Positions 1 to 10,273 of a DNA stretch of 64,000 bases are shown here, in pieces. The number at the start of each line of letters is the position of its first letter. The first letter of the stretch is position 1. The notes beneath the pieces are model-generated. The model was not told the DNA's origin. It ran no database searches and was given only the letters and a program-made list of their open reading frames with translations. Source of the stretch: Halobacteriota archaeon (GTDB taxonomy: Archaea > Halobacteriota > Syntropharchaeia > DAOWMC01); the NCBI GenBank assembly GCA_034189535.1, contig JAXHUQ010000001.1, forward strand, positions 67 to 64,066, written 5' to 3'. A program made the position numbers and the translations under genes.

Positions 1-100
1 CAATATACAAAAAGAAGATCATACTCAAGGAAGCAATAGATAAGTACGGGAGTGTTTGATCTCAAAAGAGATATCAGTAATTGTATGTTTTTTATATCAA

Positions 101-370
101 CAATAACGCAGTATATTATGAAAAAGAAGTGTGATGCCGGACAGAGGATTCTATGACGTCAGCGTAGTAAATATGTTGAAAAATGTGGTATAAACTACTG
201 TTTATAAGACACCGAGCTAAAGCCACCGGATCAGTGATAGCTATAGTCGGATCCCAATTTTCCCCACATCCAAGACGTTATTTTGGGACGGTTAAGGGTT
301 GAATCCTCAGACAAAACAGAGATAGCTGTGCCATCAATTCTCAAGATTTGTGTTACTTGCCGAAGTACTG
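101..370. repeat. Copy A of a roughly 270-bp non-coding element; second copy at 53011..53281, direct orientation, about 93% identical
   Basis: Seen directly: near-identical blocks 'aataacgcagtata...gatgccggacagaggattctatgacgtcagcgtagtaaatatgttg...ggatcccaatttt(c)ccccacatccaagacgttattttgggacggttaagggttgaatcctcagacaaaacagagatagctgtgccatcaattctcaagattt'. Similarity stops abruptly at both ends. No convincing ORF is conserved across the two copies. Confidence 0.8.
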
Positions 371-781
371 TTCATTGAACCCCTTTGATCGCTCTGACAC
401 ATATTTTATCTTTCAAAAATCAGCCAAAAAAGTTTTATGTGTTGTTGATGAACTCTATCTCATGGTCGAAACTTGCCTTCTTATTTCCGATCTGTTTGGG
501 ATAATAGGAACAATCCTTTGTATAATTGCTTCCTTTGTCTTGATGGCGTTCAGCATCAACTTCAGCGTTGGCGAATCAAGTAGATTTACACTCTTCACAA
601 GGTTTCTAAGATTTATAAAAGATTCTGTGGTCACCCGCGGGCAGAGATACGGATATGAATTATTGGGCTTGGGCTTCATACTGATATTGATAGATCTTCT
701 GATATCATTTTTATGCACACACATCTTTCCCTTGATCGATCTGATATAAAATAGGCGGGATGTAGCTCTTTGCCCCAACTA

Positions 782-1711
782 TTAACGACCATTAATTAGC
801 CCAATTATAAACCTAGCAAGAGCTTCGCTCTTTGTAACATCAGTCATCATAGTATCAGTCTTTATTATCATGCTTCCGTCAGCGTAAATGTCATCCAAAT
901 CGTCGACTATCAGGATATCAAGAAACTCCTTGTAGCACTCATAAACTCCCGCGGATGAGACCTCAAAACCCCTTGCAGCCATCAGCTTCTCTGCAGGGCC
1001 ACTGACTGCCTTCTTTCCGATGATGGGTGAAACGCCCACAACGAACTTCTCCTTTAGTATGTTAACCATCCCTTCAAGATTCAGAATGGGCGAGATGCTT
1101 GTGATAGGATTGCTTGGCCCAATGAGAACAAAATCTTCAGATTCAAGAGCATCAAGTACCGCATCACTAGGTCTTGCACGGGATATCTCTTCAAAGGATA
1201 CGTTGATCACATCAGGCTCACCTTTCAGCTCAACCCAGAATCTCTGAAAGTGCATATCTTCGAAAGGAGTCTTTATTATCGTTGATACGTGTTCGTCTGA
1301 CATGGGTAAGACCTTTGCCTTTATGCCAAGTCCCAAAGCTACCTCTTCTGTTGCCTCGGTCAAGCTCATATTCTGTCTGATGAGTTCGGATCTTTTTATA
1401 TGTGTGGCCCTGTCCCTGTCTCCAAGCATCATAACCTCATCGTAGCCCATCGAAGTGAGTGTCGTATGGGTTGTGAATGTATCATCCTTGATACCCCACC
1501 ATTTTTCATCATCTATCAGGCCGGACAAGGTGTAAAGTACTGAATCGACGTCAGGACAGACAAGGTTTCCTGAGACAAAAAGATCTTCAGCTGTATTTAC
1601 AACCACAGTAATATCCTCTTCGGGGTAAACATTCTTCAGTCCGTTCAAAAGTTTTGGTGTTCCGGTACCTCCTGAAAAGATTATCATACTTGTACTCCAA
1701 CATACGATCAA
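782..1711 (-). CDS. cofD: 2-phospho-L-lactate transferase CofD (F420 biosynthesis)
   Basis: N-terminal 'IFSGGTGTPKLLNGL' CofD/UPF0052 signature and roughly 300 aa length, typical of CofD. Confidence 0.8.
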   Translation of the reverse strand: MIVCWSTSMIIFSGGTGTPKLLNGLKNVYPEEDITVVVNTAEDLFVSGNLVCPDVDSVLYTLSGLIDDEKWWGIKDDTFTTHTTLTSMGYDEVMMLGDRDRATHIKRSELIRQNMSLTEATEEVALGLGIKAKVLPMSDEHVSTIIKTPFEDMHFQRFWVELKGEPDVINVSFEEISRARPSDAVLDALESEDFVLIGPSNPITSISPILNLEGMVNILKEKFVVGVSPIIGKKAVSGPAEKLMAARGFEVSSAGVYECYKEFLDILIVDDLDDIYADGSMIIKTDTMMTDVTKSEALARFIIGLINGR

Positions 1712-2580
1712 TGGATGTTATATCTTTATTTGATCCATGGAATGATCCTTTGTGTAGTTGTCCGGTCAAGTATTCACTCAACCCGTACACTGGTTGCTCT
1801 CATGGATGTATATACTGTTACATCTCCTCATATATACCTCGTGCTTTTGAATCGCGGGTAAAAAAGGACATATTAATAAGGGTTGAAAGGGACATGAGGA
1901 AGTTGGACAGACTACCAATATCAATGTCAAACAGCTCCGATCCATACCCACCATTAGAGGCAAAAAACAAACTGACACGAGGCGTTCTTGAGATAATCAA
2001 GAGATATCGTCATCCACTTCTTATTGTTACCAAATCAGACCTAGTTACACGGGATATCGATCTGTTACGTGAGATGGACGCTGTTGTGATGATCACAATT
2101 ACCACCCTTGATCCGGTCCATAAGAAGACCGAACCCGGTGCACCCTCTCCGAAGAGAAGATTAAAAGCAATGGCTGAACTTTCAGAAGCAGAGATACCGG
2201 TTGGATTGAGACTGGATCCGATCATCCCAGGCATCTCAAACGATTATCGTGAGCTGATCGAGTCCACCTATTGTGCAGGTGCATCGCATGTGGTGGCCTC
2301 TACGTTCAAACCCAGACCGGACGGATGGAATAGGTTCAAAAAGACATTTCCAAAGCTCTCCTCTGATCTTAGACCACTGTACTTTGAAGAGGGCGAGGTT
2401 CACCAGTCTTCAAGGTACCTACCCAAAGAGCTTAGACGGAAGATATTATCAGAGTTAAAATACGAAGTAGAGGACAGGGAAATGACATTTTCCACCTGCC
2501 GCGAAGGGATGTTTAAGAATGAAAAAGCATGCTGTGACGGATCTTTCATGTTAAAAGAGCCCCGCCCAACCCAGGGTTGA
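1654..2580 (+). CDS. Radical SAM protein (SplB/DNA-photolyase-like family, COG1533-type)
   Basis: Cx3Cx2C motif 'CSHGCIYC' near the N-terminus; length about 300 aa. The family assignment is tentative. Confidence 0.55.
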   Translation: MVFRYLLKRLSYLYSNIRSMDVISLFDPWNDPLCSCPVKYSLNPYTGCSHGCIYCYISSYIPRAFESRVKKDILIRVERDMRKLDRLPISMSNSSDPYPPLEAKNKLTRGVLEIIKRYRHPLLIVTKSDLVTRDIDLLREMDAVVMITITTLDPVHKKTEPGAPSPKRRLKAMAELSEAEIPVGLRLDPIIPGISNDYRELIESTYCAGASHVVASTFKPRPDGWNRFKKTFPKLSSDLRPLYFEEGEVHQSSRYLPKELRRKILSELKYEVEDREMTFSTCREGMFKNEKACCDGSFMLKEPRPTQG

Positions 2581-2583
2581 AGT

Positions 2584-2922
2584 CTATAACTCCTGTACCT
2601 CAAGGACTTTTAATGGGGTGTCTTTCAATGCCTTACCTATCACCGATTTTGCGATCTGCGAAGAGTGTTTTTCATTGTTTGCATCGAATACTTTTAACTT
2701 GAAGAGTATCCCGACAAGTGCCGTCTCTGCTGCTACTATGACGTTATCCCTCTCCTCCTTACAGGATGGACAGATCCTCTTTCCTACCTCAAAATCAACG
2801 TATTTCAACTTTGGATTAAGTCTCTTTCCAATCTCGGATATGGCAATACTTGCGGCATCATCACTTGATACCACGTCTTTTACTACCCAAGCCCCTTCCA
2901 GTAAAACTTGAAAATCACCCAT
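2584..2922 (-). CDS. Small conserved archaeal protein with a CxxC pair (possibly UPF0212/DUF555)
   Basis: 112 aa with a 'CPSCKEE' metal-binding-like motif. The family call is from memory only. Confidence 0.35.
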   Translation of the reverse strand: MGDFQVLLEGAWVVKDVVSSDDAASIAISEIGKRLNPKLKYVDFEVGKRICPSCKEERDNVIVAAETALVGILFKLKVFDANNEKHSSQIAKSVIGKALKDTPLKVLEVQEL

Positions 2923-2924
2923 TA

Positions 2925-4478
2925 CTATACTCCTTCACTTCTTCGGAAGATCGAAGTGAGTAAACTTCCGTATTCATCTTTACCTTTACTACCCGTCTCC
3001 TCTAATATATTTATCGACTCTCCACCATGCATGCTCTTACGTACTCGAATATCAACAAGAATCGGTATCTCTATATTCCCACTGACAAGGACTGCAACAC
3101 CGGGTGGCAATCTCTTGATCTCCTCTTCGAGCTCCGAGCTTATCCCTTCGAGACCTTTGCTCAATGCTTTGAGATCATTTGCGTTTGTTATCTTTAGAAT
3201 GATCTGGGTGTGGCATTGTGATAAGACGTTCTTATCCACCCTTGCAGGTCTCTGAGATATTACCATCAGTCCAAGACCAAACTTTCTCCCCTCTGATGCT
3301 ATTGTTCGTATTATTTCCGAGCTCATCGTCTTCTTATAGCCCCTCTCGGGACAGAACTCATGTGATTCCTCAATTACAAGCATCCCCGGAGGTACACGAC
3401 CTATCTTCCTCGCCTCCCAAAGCTCACCGCATACCATCGAGACGACAATATCCTGAAGTTCGGGATCAACTCCATGCATATCTATTATAGAGGTTTTTCC
3501 CTTCTGCATAAGCTCCCGGATAGTTGTCGGATTCTCCGATAGGATTCCGGTGTTCATTATATTCTCAAGTGCGTCCATCACAGCCCATTTGGCATTGCTG
3601 AAGTCCTTATCGACCTCGGCGATTACGTCTTCAATTGAGTAGAACTCCTTCTGGGAAGAGGCTTTCTTAACCGCACGATATAGGACACCGGTTTGTGTAT
3701 TTGTAAGAGATGGAATCAATTGAGATAATAATTTTGCACTGGGATTGAATCCGTCGAGTCTGAAGACCTCATCTGCAGCGGGATTTAAAGCCAGATTGGA
3801 TGGCGTATACGTGACTACCGAATCATACCCTCTTGGCAAGACACCAAACTTATTCATAAGAAGATTATCCTTCTTGTTTCTGTTGACGTTCTTTAGCGAG
3901 GTATATTCGCCATGTGGATCGATGATTAGTAGAGGGACTTCTCTTTCGATGAGTTCTTCGATTATGACTCCGGCTGTGTATGATTTACCGCTGCCTGTCT
4001 TTGCCAGAATGCTGCAGTGCTGCTGGACCATCTTGTTCACATCAAGACGTACCTGAATATCAGTTCCTTCCAGAAGGCCGATATAAGCCTTTCCGGATGA
4101 AAGACCGAGTGTCTTCTTTATAAGGGCTTCGTCTGCGATGTAAACTTTGTTACCAGGGGAAAACGGTCTCTTCGGGGTAACAAGCATATCATTTTGATCT
4201 TTTGAGCCGATAGTTACTGCCTTTGCAACGATCTTCTCCTCGGTATCACTTACCCTCCTCCCCATAGCCACACCGATTGCGGCATCGAGTGATAATACGT
4301 CGCTCGACCTTGTGATCGATTCGACCTGTGCAAGCACCCAGATTGAGTTATGTAAGACCCTCACATAATCGCCCTTCTCAATATCAGCATCAGAAACGGC
4401 GAATTTAAACTCAAACGGACTGGTGTCTCCAAAGATTACTCCGACTAATTCCCTTACCAATTTTATCCCCTCCCACAA
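2925..4478 (-). CDS. herA: HerA-like (DUF87) FtsK/HerA-superfamily ATPase/helicase
   Basis: Walker A 'AKTGSGKSYT', Walker B-like 'MLVIEESHEF', an N-terminal HAS-barrel-like region, and about 500 aa. No NurA/Mre11/Rad50 neighbour is present. Confidence 0.7.
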   Translation of the reverse strand: MWEGIKLVRELVGVIFGDTSPFEFKFAVSDADIEKGDYVRVLHNSIWVLAQVESITRSSDVLSLDAAIGVAMGRRVSDTEEKIVAKAVTIGSKDQNDMLVTPKRPFSPGNKVYIADEALIKKTLGLSSGKAYIGLLEGTDIQVRLDVNKMVQQHCSILAKTGSGKSYTAGVIIEELIEREVPLLIIDPHGEYTSLKNVNRNKKDNLLMNKFGVLPRGYDSVVTYTPSNLALNPAADEVFRLDGFNPSAKLLSQLIPSLTNTQTGVLYRAVKKASSQKEFYSIEDVIAEVDKDFSNAKWAVMDALENIMNTGILSENPTTIRELMQKGKTSIIDMHGVDPELQDIVVSMVCGELWEARKIGRVPPGMLVIEESHEFCPERGYKKTMSSEIIRTIASEGRKFGLGLMVISQRPARVDKNVLSQCHTQIILKITNANDLKALSKGLEGISSELEEEIKRLPPGVAVLVSGNIEIPILVDIRVRKSMHGGESINILEETGSKGKDEYGSLLTSIFRRSEGV

Positions 4479-4571
4479 CTAAATTGCAATTTCATATAAA
4501 CATTTTGGATAGAATATCTTTGATGACCGATATTTATATATGTTGAGGTGTAATTAGTAGATTGATAAATA

Positions 4572-4922
4572 ATGCTCGTTAAGGAAGTTATCAGTGAAGA
4601 GTTGCTGACATTTGCAGAGGCAAAAGATATCCTGAACTCGATCAAAGATAAGCATAATGATGACAGAGAGTCATCATTTGAGAAGAGAAAAGCGATTACT
4701 CATGCAAACAAATTTGCCAAAACTGATGGAAAGACCTCGAGAGAGTTGGTTAACAAGCTTGCCGGTTTGGACAAAATGAAAGATGAGATCGCCATAAAAA
4801 TCGCAGATCTTCTACCTACGACGAAGGATGAACTCAGATCAATATATGCAAAAGAGAGGTTTACGCTCACGGAAGACGAGCTGGATAATATTCTTGATTT
4901 AGTAGAACCATATTGCGATTGA
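4572..4922 (+). CDS. rpoF: DNA-directed RNA polymerase subunit F (Rpo4/Rpb4-like)
   Basis: About 115 aa with a helical Rpb4/HRDC-like pattern, followed by a DUF655 gene, which is the conserved archaeal arrangement. Confidence 0.6.
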   Translation: MLVKEVISEELLTFAEAKDILNSIKDKHNDDRESSFEKRKAITHANKFAKTDGKTSRELVNKLAGLDKMKDEIAIKIADLLPTTKDELRSIYAKERFTLTEDELDNILDLVEPYCD

Positions 4923-4946
4923 ATAGATTCATATTTTGGAGGATGT

Positions 4947-5549
4947 ATGAGGTTCGGGGATTCTAAGAAAGTGAAGGAGGAGTACGCTTGGGTCTTAGAC
5001 TATCTACCATACGGATATCCCGAAGATAACAGGCCAGTCTATCAAAAGAAGCCCACAATCCAGGCAATCGGTGAGAATAAATTCATGCTGATGGAGATCA
5101 TTCCGAAAGAAGATAAAGTTCCGGAGATGCACGAGAAGTTATACATAGGAGAGGGTGAACGGGAGATAGTCGATCACGTCAAGCGACAACTCACGTATGA
5201 TGAACTTACCCACGGTGCCAAGATCGAACTACCCTACGTGATTGATGAAATCGTTCAAGAGAAAGAGAGTGATTTCATCGATGTCTATAACGAGTCTTAT
5301 GCGATAACAACTAGACTACATATGCTTGAACTGCTTCCGGGAATAGGTAAGAAGACCATGTGGTCTGTTCTCGATGAGCGAAAGAAGAGGCCTTTTACAG
5401 ACTTCAGCGACTTAGGCGAGAGGGTGAAAGGCATGCATCACCCTGACAAACTAATTGTGAAGCGAATCGAAGAGGAGCTAAAAGAAGAAGATATAAAGTA
5501 CAGGATATTCACTATAAAACATAGCAATACGCCACATCAACACAGTTGA
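4947..5549 (+). CDS. DUF655-family putative RNA-binding protein (S1-like plus helix-hairpin-helix), conserved partner of rpoF
   Basis: Conserved context downstream of rpoF. 'PGIGKKTMWSVLDER' is an HhH-like motif. Confidence 0.55.
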   Translation: MRFGDSKKVKEEYAWVLDYLPYGYPEDNRPVYQKKPTIQAIGENKFMLMEIIPKEDKVPEMHEKLYIGEGEREIVDHVKRQLTYDELTHGAKIELPYVIDEIVQEKESDFIDVYNESYAITTRLHMLELLPGIGKKTMWSVLDERKKRPFTDFSDLGERVKGMHHPDKLIVKRIEEELKEEDIKYRIFTIKHSNTPHQHS

Positions 5550-5565
5550 GACGAGAGCTTACACC

Positions 5566-6822
5566 TTATATCCCTTCAGGTATCATCTGCCTGCCCAGAA
5601 GATCCTCGAAAGTCTCCCTCTCACGTATAATTTTTGGTGATCCATTAGAGATCAGGACCTCTGCACATCTGGGCCTTCCATTGTACTGTGAACTCATAGA
5701 GAATCCATAGGCTCCCGAATCAAGTACAGCTATCAGATCGCCTTTTACGATCTCAGGCAAGTCTCTATCTTTTGCGATAATATCTCCCGTCTCACATATT
5801 GGACCTACTATCGAATAGGTTTCAACCGGTTCACCTGCTGCTTTGTTAGCCACAACTATTTCGTGGTACGAATCATACATTGCAGGACGTATTAGTAGAT
5901 TAAAACCTGCATCTATTCCCACAAAGTTCTTGTTTGCCCTCTTTACTGTGTTGACCCGGGAAAGTAGTATAGTAGTGTCCCCAACTATCGAACGTCCCGG
6001 TTCGATTATCAACTTAAATTTTTTCCCAAGTGACTCGGATCTCTTGCTTACGACTGAAAGCACAATCTCAGACAGTTCGGAAGGTCTTGGTACTTTGCCA
6101 CCTTTGTGATAATCTATACCCAGCCCGCCCCCGATGTCAATGAATTCGAGATCTACAAAAGAAGATACATTCCCAACCAGATTCATCATCCTCTCGGCAG
6201 CTTCTCTGTATACACTTATATCCAGTATCTGTGATCCAATATGGCAGTGAATCCCGACAGGATTTACATTTGGAAGATCTTTTGCCATCTCATACGCATT
6301 CACAACCTCTTCATGAGGAATCCCAAACTTTGAAGTCCGAAGTCCAGTTGATATCTTTGGGTGTGTGTCAGGCGAGACATCGGGATTAACCCTGAATGCA
6401 ATATCTGCCATCTTATCATTTTTAACAGCCAGCTCTGATATCGTTTTCAGTTCATCCAGAGAGTCGACCGATATCTTGACTGAAGAATTTATTGCAACCT
6501 CCAGTTCATCATCGCACTTTGAGTTTCCATTGAACAGTATCTTCTCCTTAGGTATACCAGCCTTGATTGCCATCAGAAGTTCTCCAGAAGAGAAAACATC
6601 GGCTCCAGCACCTTCTTTTGCAAGTATATTCAGAATTGTAAGGTTCCAGTTTGCTTTGGCTGCATAGTATATATCGGCATCAAGAAACGCAGAGACATAA
6701 TCTCTGAAGTTTTTTAAGAGCTTCTCTTCATCTGTCACATATAATGGAGTTCCATACCCTTTTGACAGTTCGACCGTATCAACTCCACCTATTGTAAGGT
6801 GGCCACCCTTTATATCCAACAT
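5566..6822 (-). CDS. lysA: Diaminopimelate decarboxylase
   Basis: Fold-III PLP decarboxylase motifs: 'YAAKANWN' with the PLP lysine, 'GGGLGI', and a C-terminal 'CETGD'. Confidence 0.85.
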   Translation of the reverse strand: MLDIKGGHLTIGGVDTVELSKGYGTPLYVTDEEKLLKNFRDYVSAFLDADIYYAAKANWNLTILNILAKEGAGADVFSSGELLMAIKAGIPKEKILFNGNSKCDDELEVAINSSVKISVDSLDELKTISELAVKNDKMADIAFRVNPDVSPDTHPKISTGLRTSKFGIPHEEVVNAYEMAKDLPNVNPVGIHCHIGSQILDISVYREAAERMMNLVGNVSSFVDLEFIDIGGGLGIDYHKGGKVPRPSELSEIVLSVVSKRSESLGKKFKLIIEPGRSIVGDTTILLSRVNTVKRANKNFVGIDAGFNLLIRPAMYDSYHEIVVANKAAGEPVETYSIVGPICETGDIIAKDRDLPEIVKGDLIAVLDSGAYGFSMSSQYNGRPRCAEVLISNGSPKIIRERETFEDLLGRQMIPEGI

Positions 6823-6826
6823 ACTT

Positions 6827-7147
6827 TCATCCGCTCAGTTTGATGATCGCCTCTGCAAGATCTCCATTCGATTCTTTCAACGCAGCAACTACATCTTCTT
6901 CACTTGCCCCTGTCTGTTCAATAACAAGTTTGACGTCCTCATTAGGTAGGGAGGATATCGATCGCTCTTCCGGTGTCCCGACGATCTGATAAGTCTTTGA
7001 ACCCATGGCATCCATTATCGTAACCTCTGCATCTTTGAAGACGATCTCACGATCAGACGTCCTTATTATGACTTCTTGAACATCTTCTACTGGGTCAACA
7101 TTGATACCCATCTGCTTCATCATCTGTTTAACCTTTCTCGGGTTCAT
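6827..7147 (-). CDS. nac: Nascent polypeptide-associated complex protein (archaeal NAC alpha, with a C-terminal UBA domain)
   Basis: 'MNPRKVKQMMKQMGI' NAC domain and a C-terminal UBA-like 'EEDVVAALKESNGDLAEAI'. The start was moved to the internal Met. Confidence 0.8.
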   Translation of the reverse strand: MNPRKVKQMMKQMGINVDPVEDVQEVIIRTSDREIVFKDAEVTIMDAMGSKTYQIVGTPEERSISSLPNEDVKLVIEQTGASEEDVVAALKESNGDLAEAIIKLSG

Positions 7148-7393
7148 TCCCCTTGTTCCACCTGGAAACACACATAACACCTCATTATACTTTCAACATG
7201 AATAATAGCACTCCGCTTTATTATCTACTTTTCCAATGGGATAGTGACAGAGATATTTTGATCTCCCTTAAAAATTGGTAAAGACAAAAAATGAAACTCA
7301 CAAAAATTGTGTATTAAGTGTACGAGTTGGTATTTTATGAAAAATATGTACCAATAGGTAAATTTCTACGAAAGGTTTAAATATGTGTCACTT

Positions 7394-7411
7394 GTAACCA
7401 ATAATGGTTAC
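7394..7411. promoter_or_regulatory. Perfect 18-bp palindrome GTAACCA-ATAA-TGGTTAC upstream of the fdh operon, a candidate operator. An A/T-rich TATA-like 'TTTAAAT' lies about 25 nt before the fdhA start.
   Basis: Seen directly in the sequence, about 70 nt upstream of the fdhA TTG start. Confidence 0.4.
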
Positions 7412-7478
7412 TTTAGCTGATATCAGTTACAGGAAGATGTCGGTTGAACCATCTATTTAAATTATTGGGGGTAAAAGT

Positions 7479-10262
7479 TTGGGAACGAAAACGAGATCAA
7501 TTCTCGGTGAGCTTAGTTTGACAAGACGTTCGTTCACTAAGATCACCGCAGCTGTTGCGGCTACTGCTGCAATGTATAAGGGATTTGGCAAACTCGCTAA
7601 ATACGCAAAAGATACCGGTTACATGGACGATGTGATGGTAGAAGCTGCAGACACTGCTAAAACAGAGCAAGTGAAGAGTATCTGCTCTTTTTGCTCGGTT
7701 GGCTGTGGATATATCGGCGTTGTGAAAGATGGAGTCTTCACTGGAATGGAACCATGGGAAGATCACCCCATAAATCAGGGTGGATTGTGTTCAAAAGGTA
7801 CGGCATTGGTAGATGTCACCAACTCTGAAAAACGACTGAAATATCCGATGGAGAAGGTAGGCGGTAAGTGGAGAAGGATTACTTGGGACGAAGCCATAGA
7901 GAAAGTTGGCACTCAGCTAACAAGCATAAGAGATACTTATGGCCCCGATTCTGTCTTCATGTGCGGACTTGTTCACGGATCAAATGAAGAAGCGTATATG
8001 TTCAGAAAGTTTGGTATGCTATTCGGGACGAACAACATCGACCACCAGGCTAGGATATGTCACTCAACGACTGTAGCAGGTCTTCTGAACACCTTCGGAC
8101 ATGGTGCGATGACAAATACAATTATCGCCATGCAACACGCAAAATGTCATTTCTTCTTTGGATCGAATGCAGCTGAGGCACATCCTGTCTTCATGCAGAA
8201 GATACTTGATTCAAAGGATCGGGGTGCTAAGATCGTCGTTGCGGACCCGCGATTTACAAAAACGGCTGCTAAGTCTGATTTCTACGTTAGGTTCAGGCCC
8301 GGTTCGGATATCGCATTCCTTTACGGCCTCATAAATGTGATACTCGAGAACGGATGGCAAGATCAAGAGTACATCGACAACAGAACCTATGGATTTGAGT
8401 ATGTAAAAGAGGCTGTGAAAGGCTATACCCCTGAAGTAGTTGAGAAGATAACCTGGGTAAGTGCCGACGACTTAAGAAAGGTTGCTGAGATGATCGCAAA
8501 GAATAAACCGAGTAATATCATCTGGTCGATGGGAGCAACCCAACACAGTGTGGGTTCTCAGATCATTCGAGCTGCGGCAATATTGCAGTGTATCCTTGGT
8601 AACCAGGGAGAATGGGGTGGAGGTTGTATACCAGTCCGTGGACATTGTAACGTCCAGGGTGTAACTGATATGTGTGTCCTGTCTCACTTCTTACCAGGGT
8701 ATTACGGCGTAACAAGTGAAGGTTCGTGGGATTGGTATTCGAAGGTCTTCACAGATACGCCAAGTACATCAGGCTCCATTACATTCGATGAACTCAAGGG
8801 GAGATTTGCAACCTACAATGGCGAGAGCATGATGACCAAGATCGGCTTTGCTGTCTCAAGATGGTATGAAGGGGTCTTGATGCCCGAATCTGATATTGAC
8901 CAGCCCCATAATATCAAAGCTGCAATCCTATGGGGTGAAGCCACAAGCTCGATTACCGAGATGAAGAGGGAGAAAGAGGCGATGGAGAAACTGGACTTGC
9001 TTGTTATCGTCGATCCATTCCCGACAAGCGCTTCTGCAATGCCTGATAGAGCTGATGGGATCATACTGTTACCTGCAGCGACAAGGCAGGAGGGTACCGG
9101 TAGTGTGACAACCACCGGAAGAGAGTGGCAATGGAGAGATGTTGTTGTACCGCCTCTCTACGAGAGCAAGACTGACATGGAGATATTCCAGCTTCTCGCA
9201 AATAAACTGGGTTTCGGTGCTCATTTCGATTACAGTAGCATAGAAGACGTGACCCGGGAGATAAACCTCGCATGCAGGCCAATTGGTCTTCAAGGGCAGA
9301 CACCTGAGCGGATGAAGAAGCAGAAGGCGAACGCCCATACATTTGAGACTGAGTATGGAAGAGCTGTAGGCGGTCCTTGTGATGGCGAATATTGGGGATT
9401 ACCGTGGCCATGCTGGACGACTGATCACCCTGGAACTCCGATACTTTACAATGACAACGCTCCGGTAATGGAAGGAGGGCATGATTTCAGGGCAAAGTGG
9501 AAGTATCCTGACGATGAGCCCAATGCAGGAGAGGAGATTGTAAGGGGCAACCTACCACCATCAGGTACGGGAGGCACCATACATTGGACATATAATTACG
9601 CAAAGGATCCATCTGGTGAGGTTAACAGACAGGCCCTCAGCGAAGGAAACCCGCCGACAGGTAGAGGAAGGGCTATGCTGAGAGTAGCCGGTTGGACTGA
9701 TGAGGTCCCCGTACACAGAGAGCCACTGGAGAGTCCCGAACCGGATCTTGTTGCAGCTTATCCTACTTATGAAGATAAGACGTTCTACAGGATACCAACC
9801 AATTTCAAGACTGAACAGCAGAGATCGATCGCTGAAGGACGTCACATTAAATACCCAATAGTACTTACAACAGGAAGACAGGTTGAGCATCACGGTGGAA
9901 GCGCTCAGACCAGAGGATCAAAATATCTGGCCGAACTTCAACCTGAGATGTATGTGGAGATAAACCCCGCACTAGCTGCTGATAAAGAGATCAAGCACTG
10001 GGACTTCGTCTGGGTTGAGTCTGCAAGAGGGAGATGTAAAGTAAGAGCCTATGTGACAGACAGAGTCAACGAGAAGACAGTCTTCATGCCATACCATTGG
10101 GCAGGTATCTTCGAGGGCGAATCATATGAAGACAGGTATCCTGATGGTTCCGCAGAGTTCAAAATTGGGGATTCAGCAAACATCATAGCTTCAGCAGGAT
10201 ATGACGAACAGACACAGATGCAGGAGACCAAAGCTGCTCTGGTTAATATCTATAAGGCGTAG
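7479..10262 (+). CDS. fdhA: Formate dehydrogenase catalytic subunit (Mo/W-bisPGD), Tat-exported, Cys-type rather than selenocysteine
   Basis: Tat motif 'TRRSFTKI'; N-terminal Fe-S motif 'CSFCSVGCGY'; 'HQARICHSTTVAGL...GHGAMTN' aligns with FdhF 'QARV-U-HGPSVAGL', with a TGT Cys codon at 8058-8060. No in-frame TGA over 927 aa. Confidence 0.8.
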   Translation: MGTKTRSILGELSLTRRSFTKITAAVAATAAMYKGFGKLAKYAKDTGYMDDVMVEAADTAKTEQVKSICSFCSVGCGYIGVVKDGVFTGMEPWEDHPINQGGLCSKGTALVDVTNSEKRLKYPMEKVGGKWRRITWDEAIEKVGTQLTSIRDTYGPDSVFMCGLVHGSNEEAYMFRKFGMLFGTNNIDHQARICHSTTVAGLLNTFGHGAMTNTIIAMQHAKCHFFFGSNAAEAHPVFMQKILDSKDRGAKIVVADPRFTKTAAKSDFYVRFRPGSDIAFLYGLINVILENGWQDQEYIDNRTYGFEYVKEAVKGYTPEVVEKITWVSADDLRKVAEMIAKNKPSNIIWSMGATQHSVGSQIIRAAAILQCILGNQGEWGGGCIPVRGHCNVQGVTDMCVLSHFLPGYYGVTSEGSWDWYSKVFTDTPSTSGSITFDELKGRFATYNGESMMTKIGFAVSRWYEGVLMPESDIDQPHNIKAAILWGEATSSITEMKREKEAMEKLDLLVIVDPFPTSASAMPDRADGIILLPAATRQEGTGSVTTTGREWQWRDVVVPPLYESKTDMEIFQLLANKLGFGAHFDYSSIEDVTREINLACRPIGLQGQTPERMKKQKANAHTFETEYGRAVGGPCDGEYWGLPWPCWTTDHPGTPILYNDNAPVMEGGHDFRAKWKYPDDEPNAGEEIVRGNLPPSGTGGTIHWTYNYAKDPSGEVNRQALSEGNPPTGRGRAMLRVAGWTDEVPVHREPLESPEPDLVAAYPTYEDKTFYRIPTNFKTEQQRSIAEGRHIKYPIVLTTGRQVEHHGGSAQTRGSKYLAELQPEMYVEINPALAADKEIKHWDFVWVESARGRCKVRAYVTDRVNEKTVFMPYHWAGIFEGESYEDRYPDGSAEFKIGDSANIIASAGYDEQTQMQETKAALVNIYKA

Positions 10263-10273
10263 GGGGCTAAAAG

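Noticed and set aside
230-330. tRNA-like fragment inside the repeat ('TAGCTATAGTCGGAT' D-arm-like and 'GGTTGAATCC' T-loop-like)
   Set aside because: No cloverleaf can be built; the T-stem and acceptor complements are absent.
348-778. ORFs 348..749 (+) and 455..778 (-)
   Set aside because: The plus ORF begins inside the repeat and is hydrophobic low-complexity sequence. The minus ORF is basic and unremarkable. Neither has recognisable motifs. Left unannotated as low confidence.
8813-9411. Antisense ORFs within fdhA (8813..9115, 9061..9411, 9069..9338)
   Set aside because: They are embedded in a strongly supported 927-aa coding frame.
7479-10262. Selenocysteine/SECIS in fdhA
   Set aside because: There is no in-frame TGA across the 927-codon ORF, and the active-site position is a TGT Cys codon.
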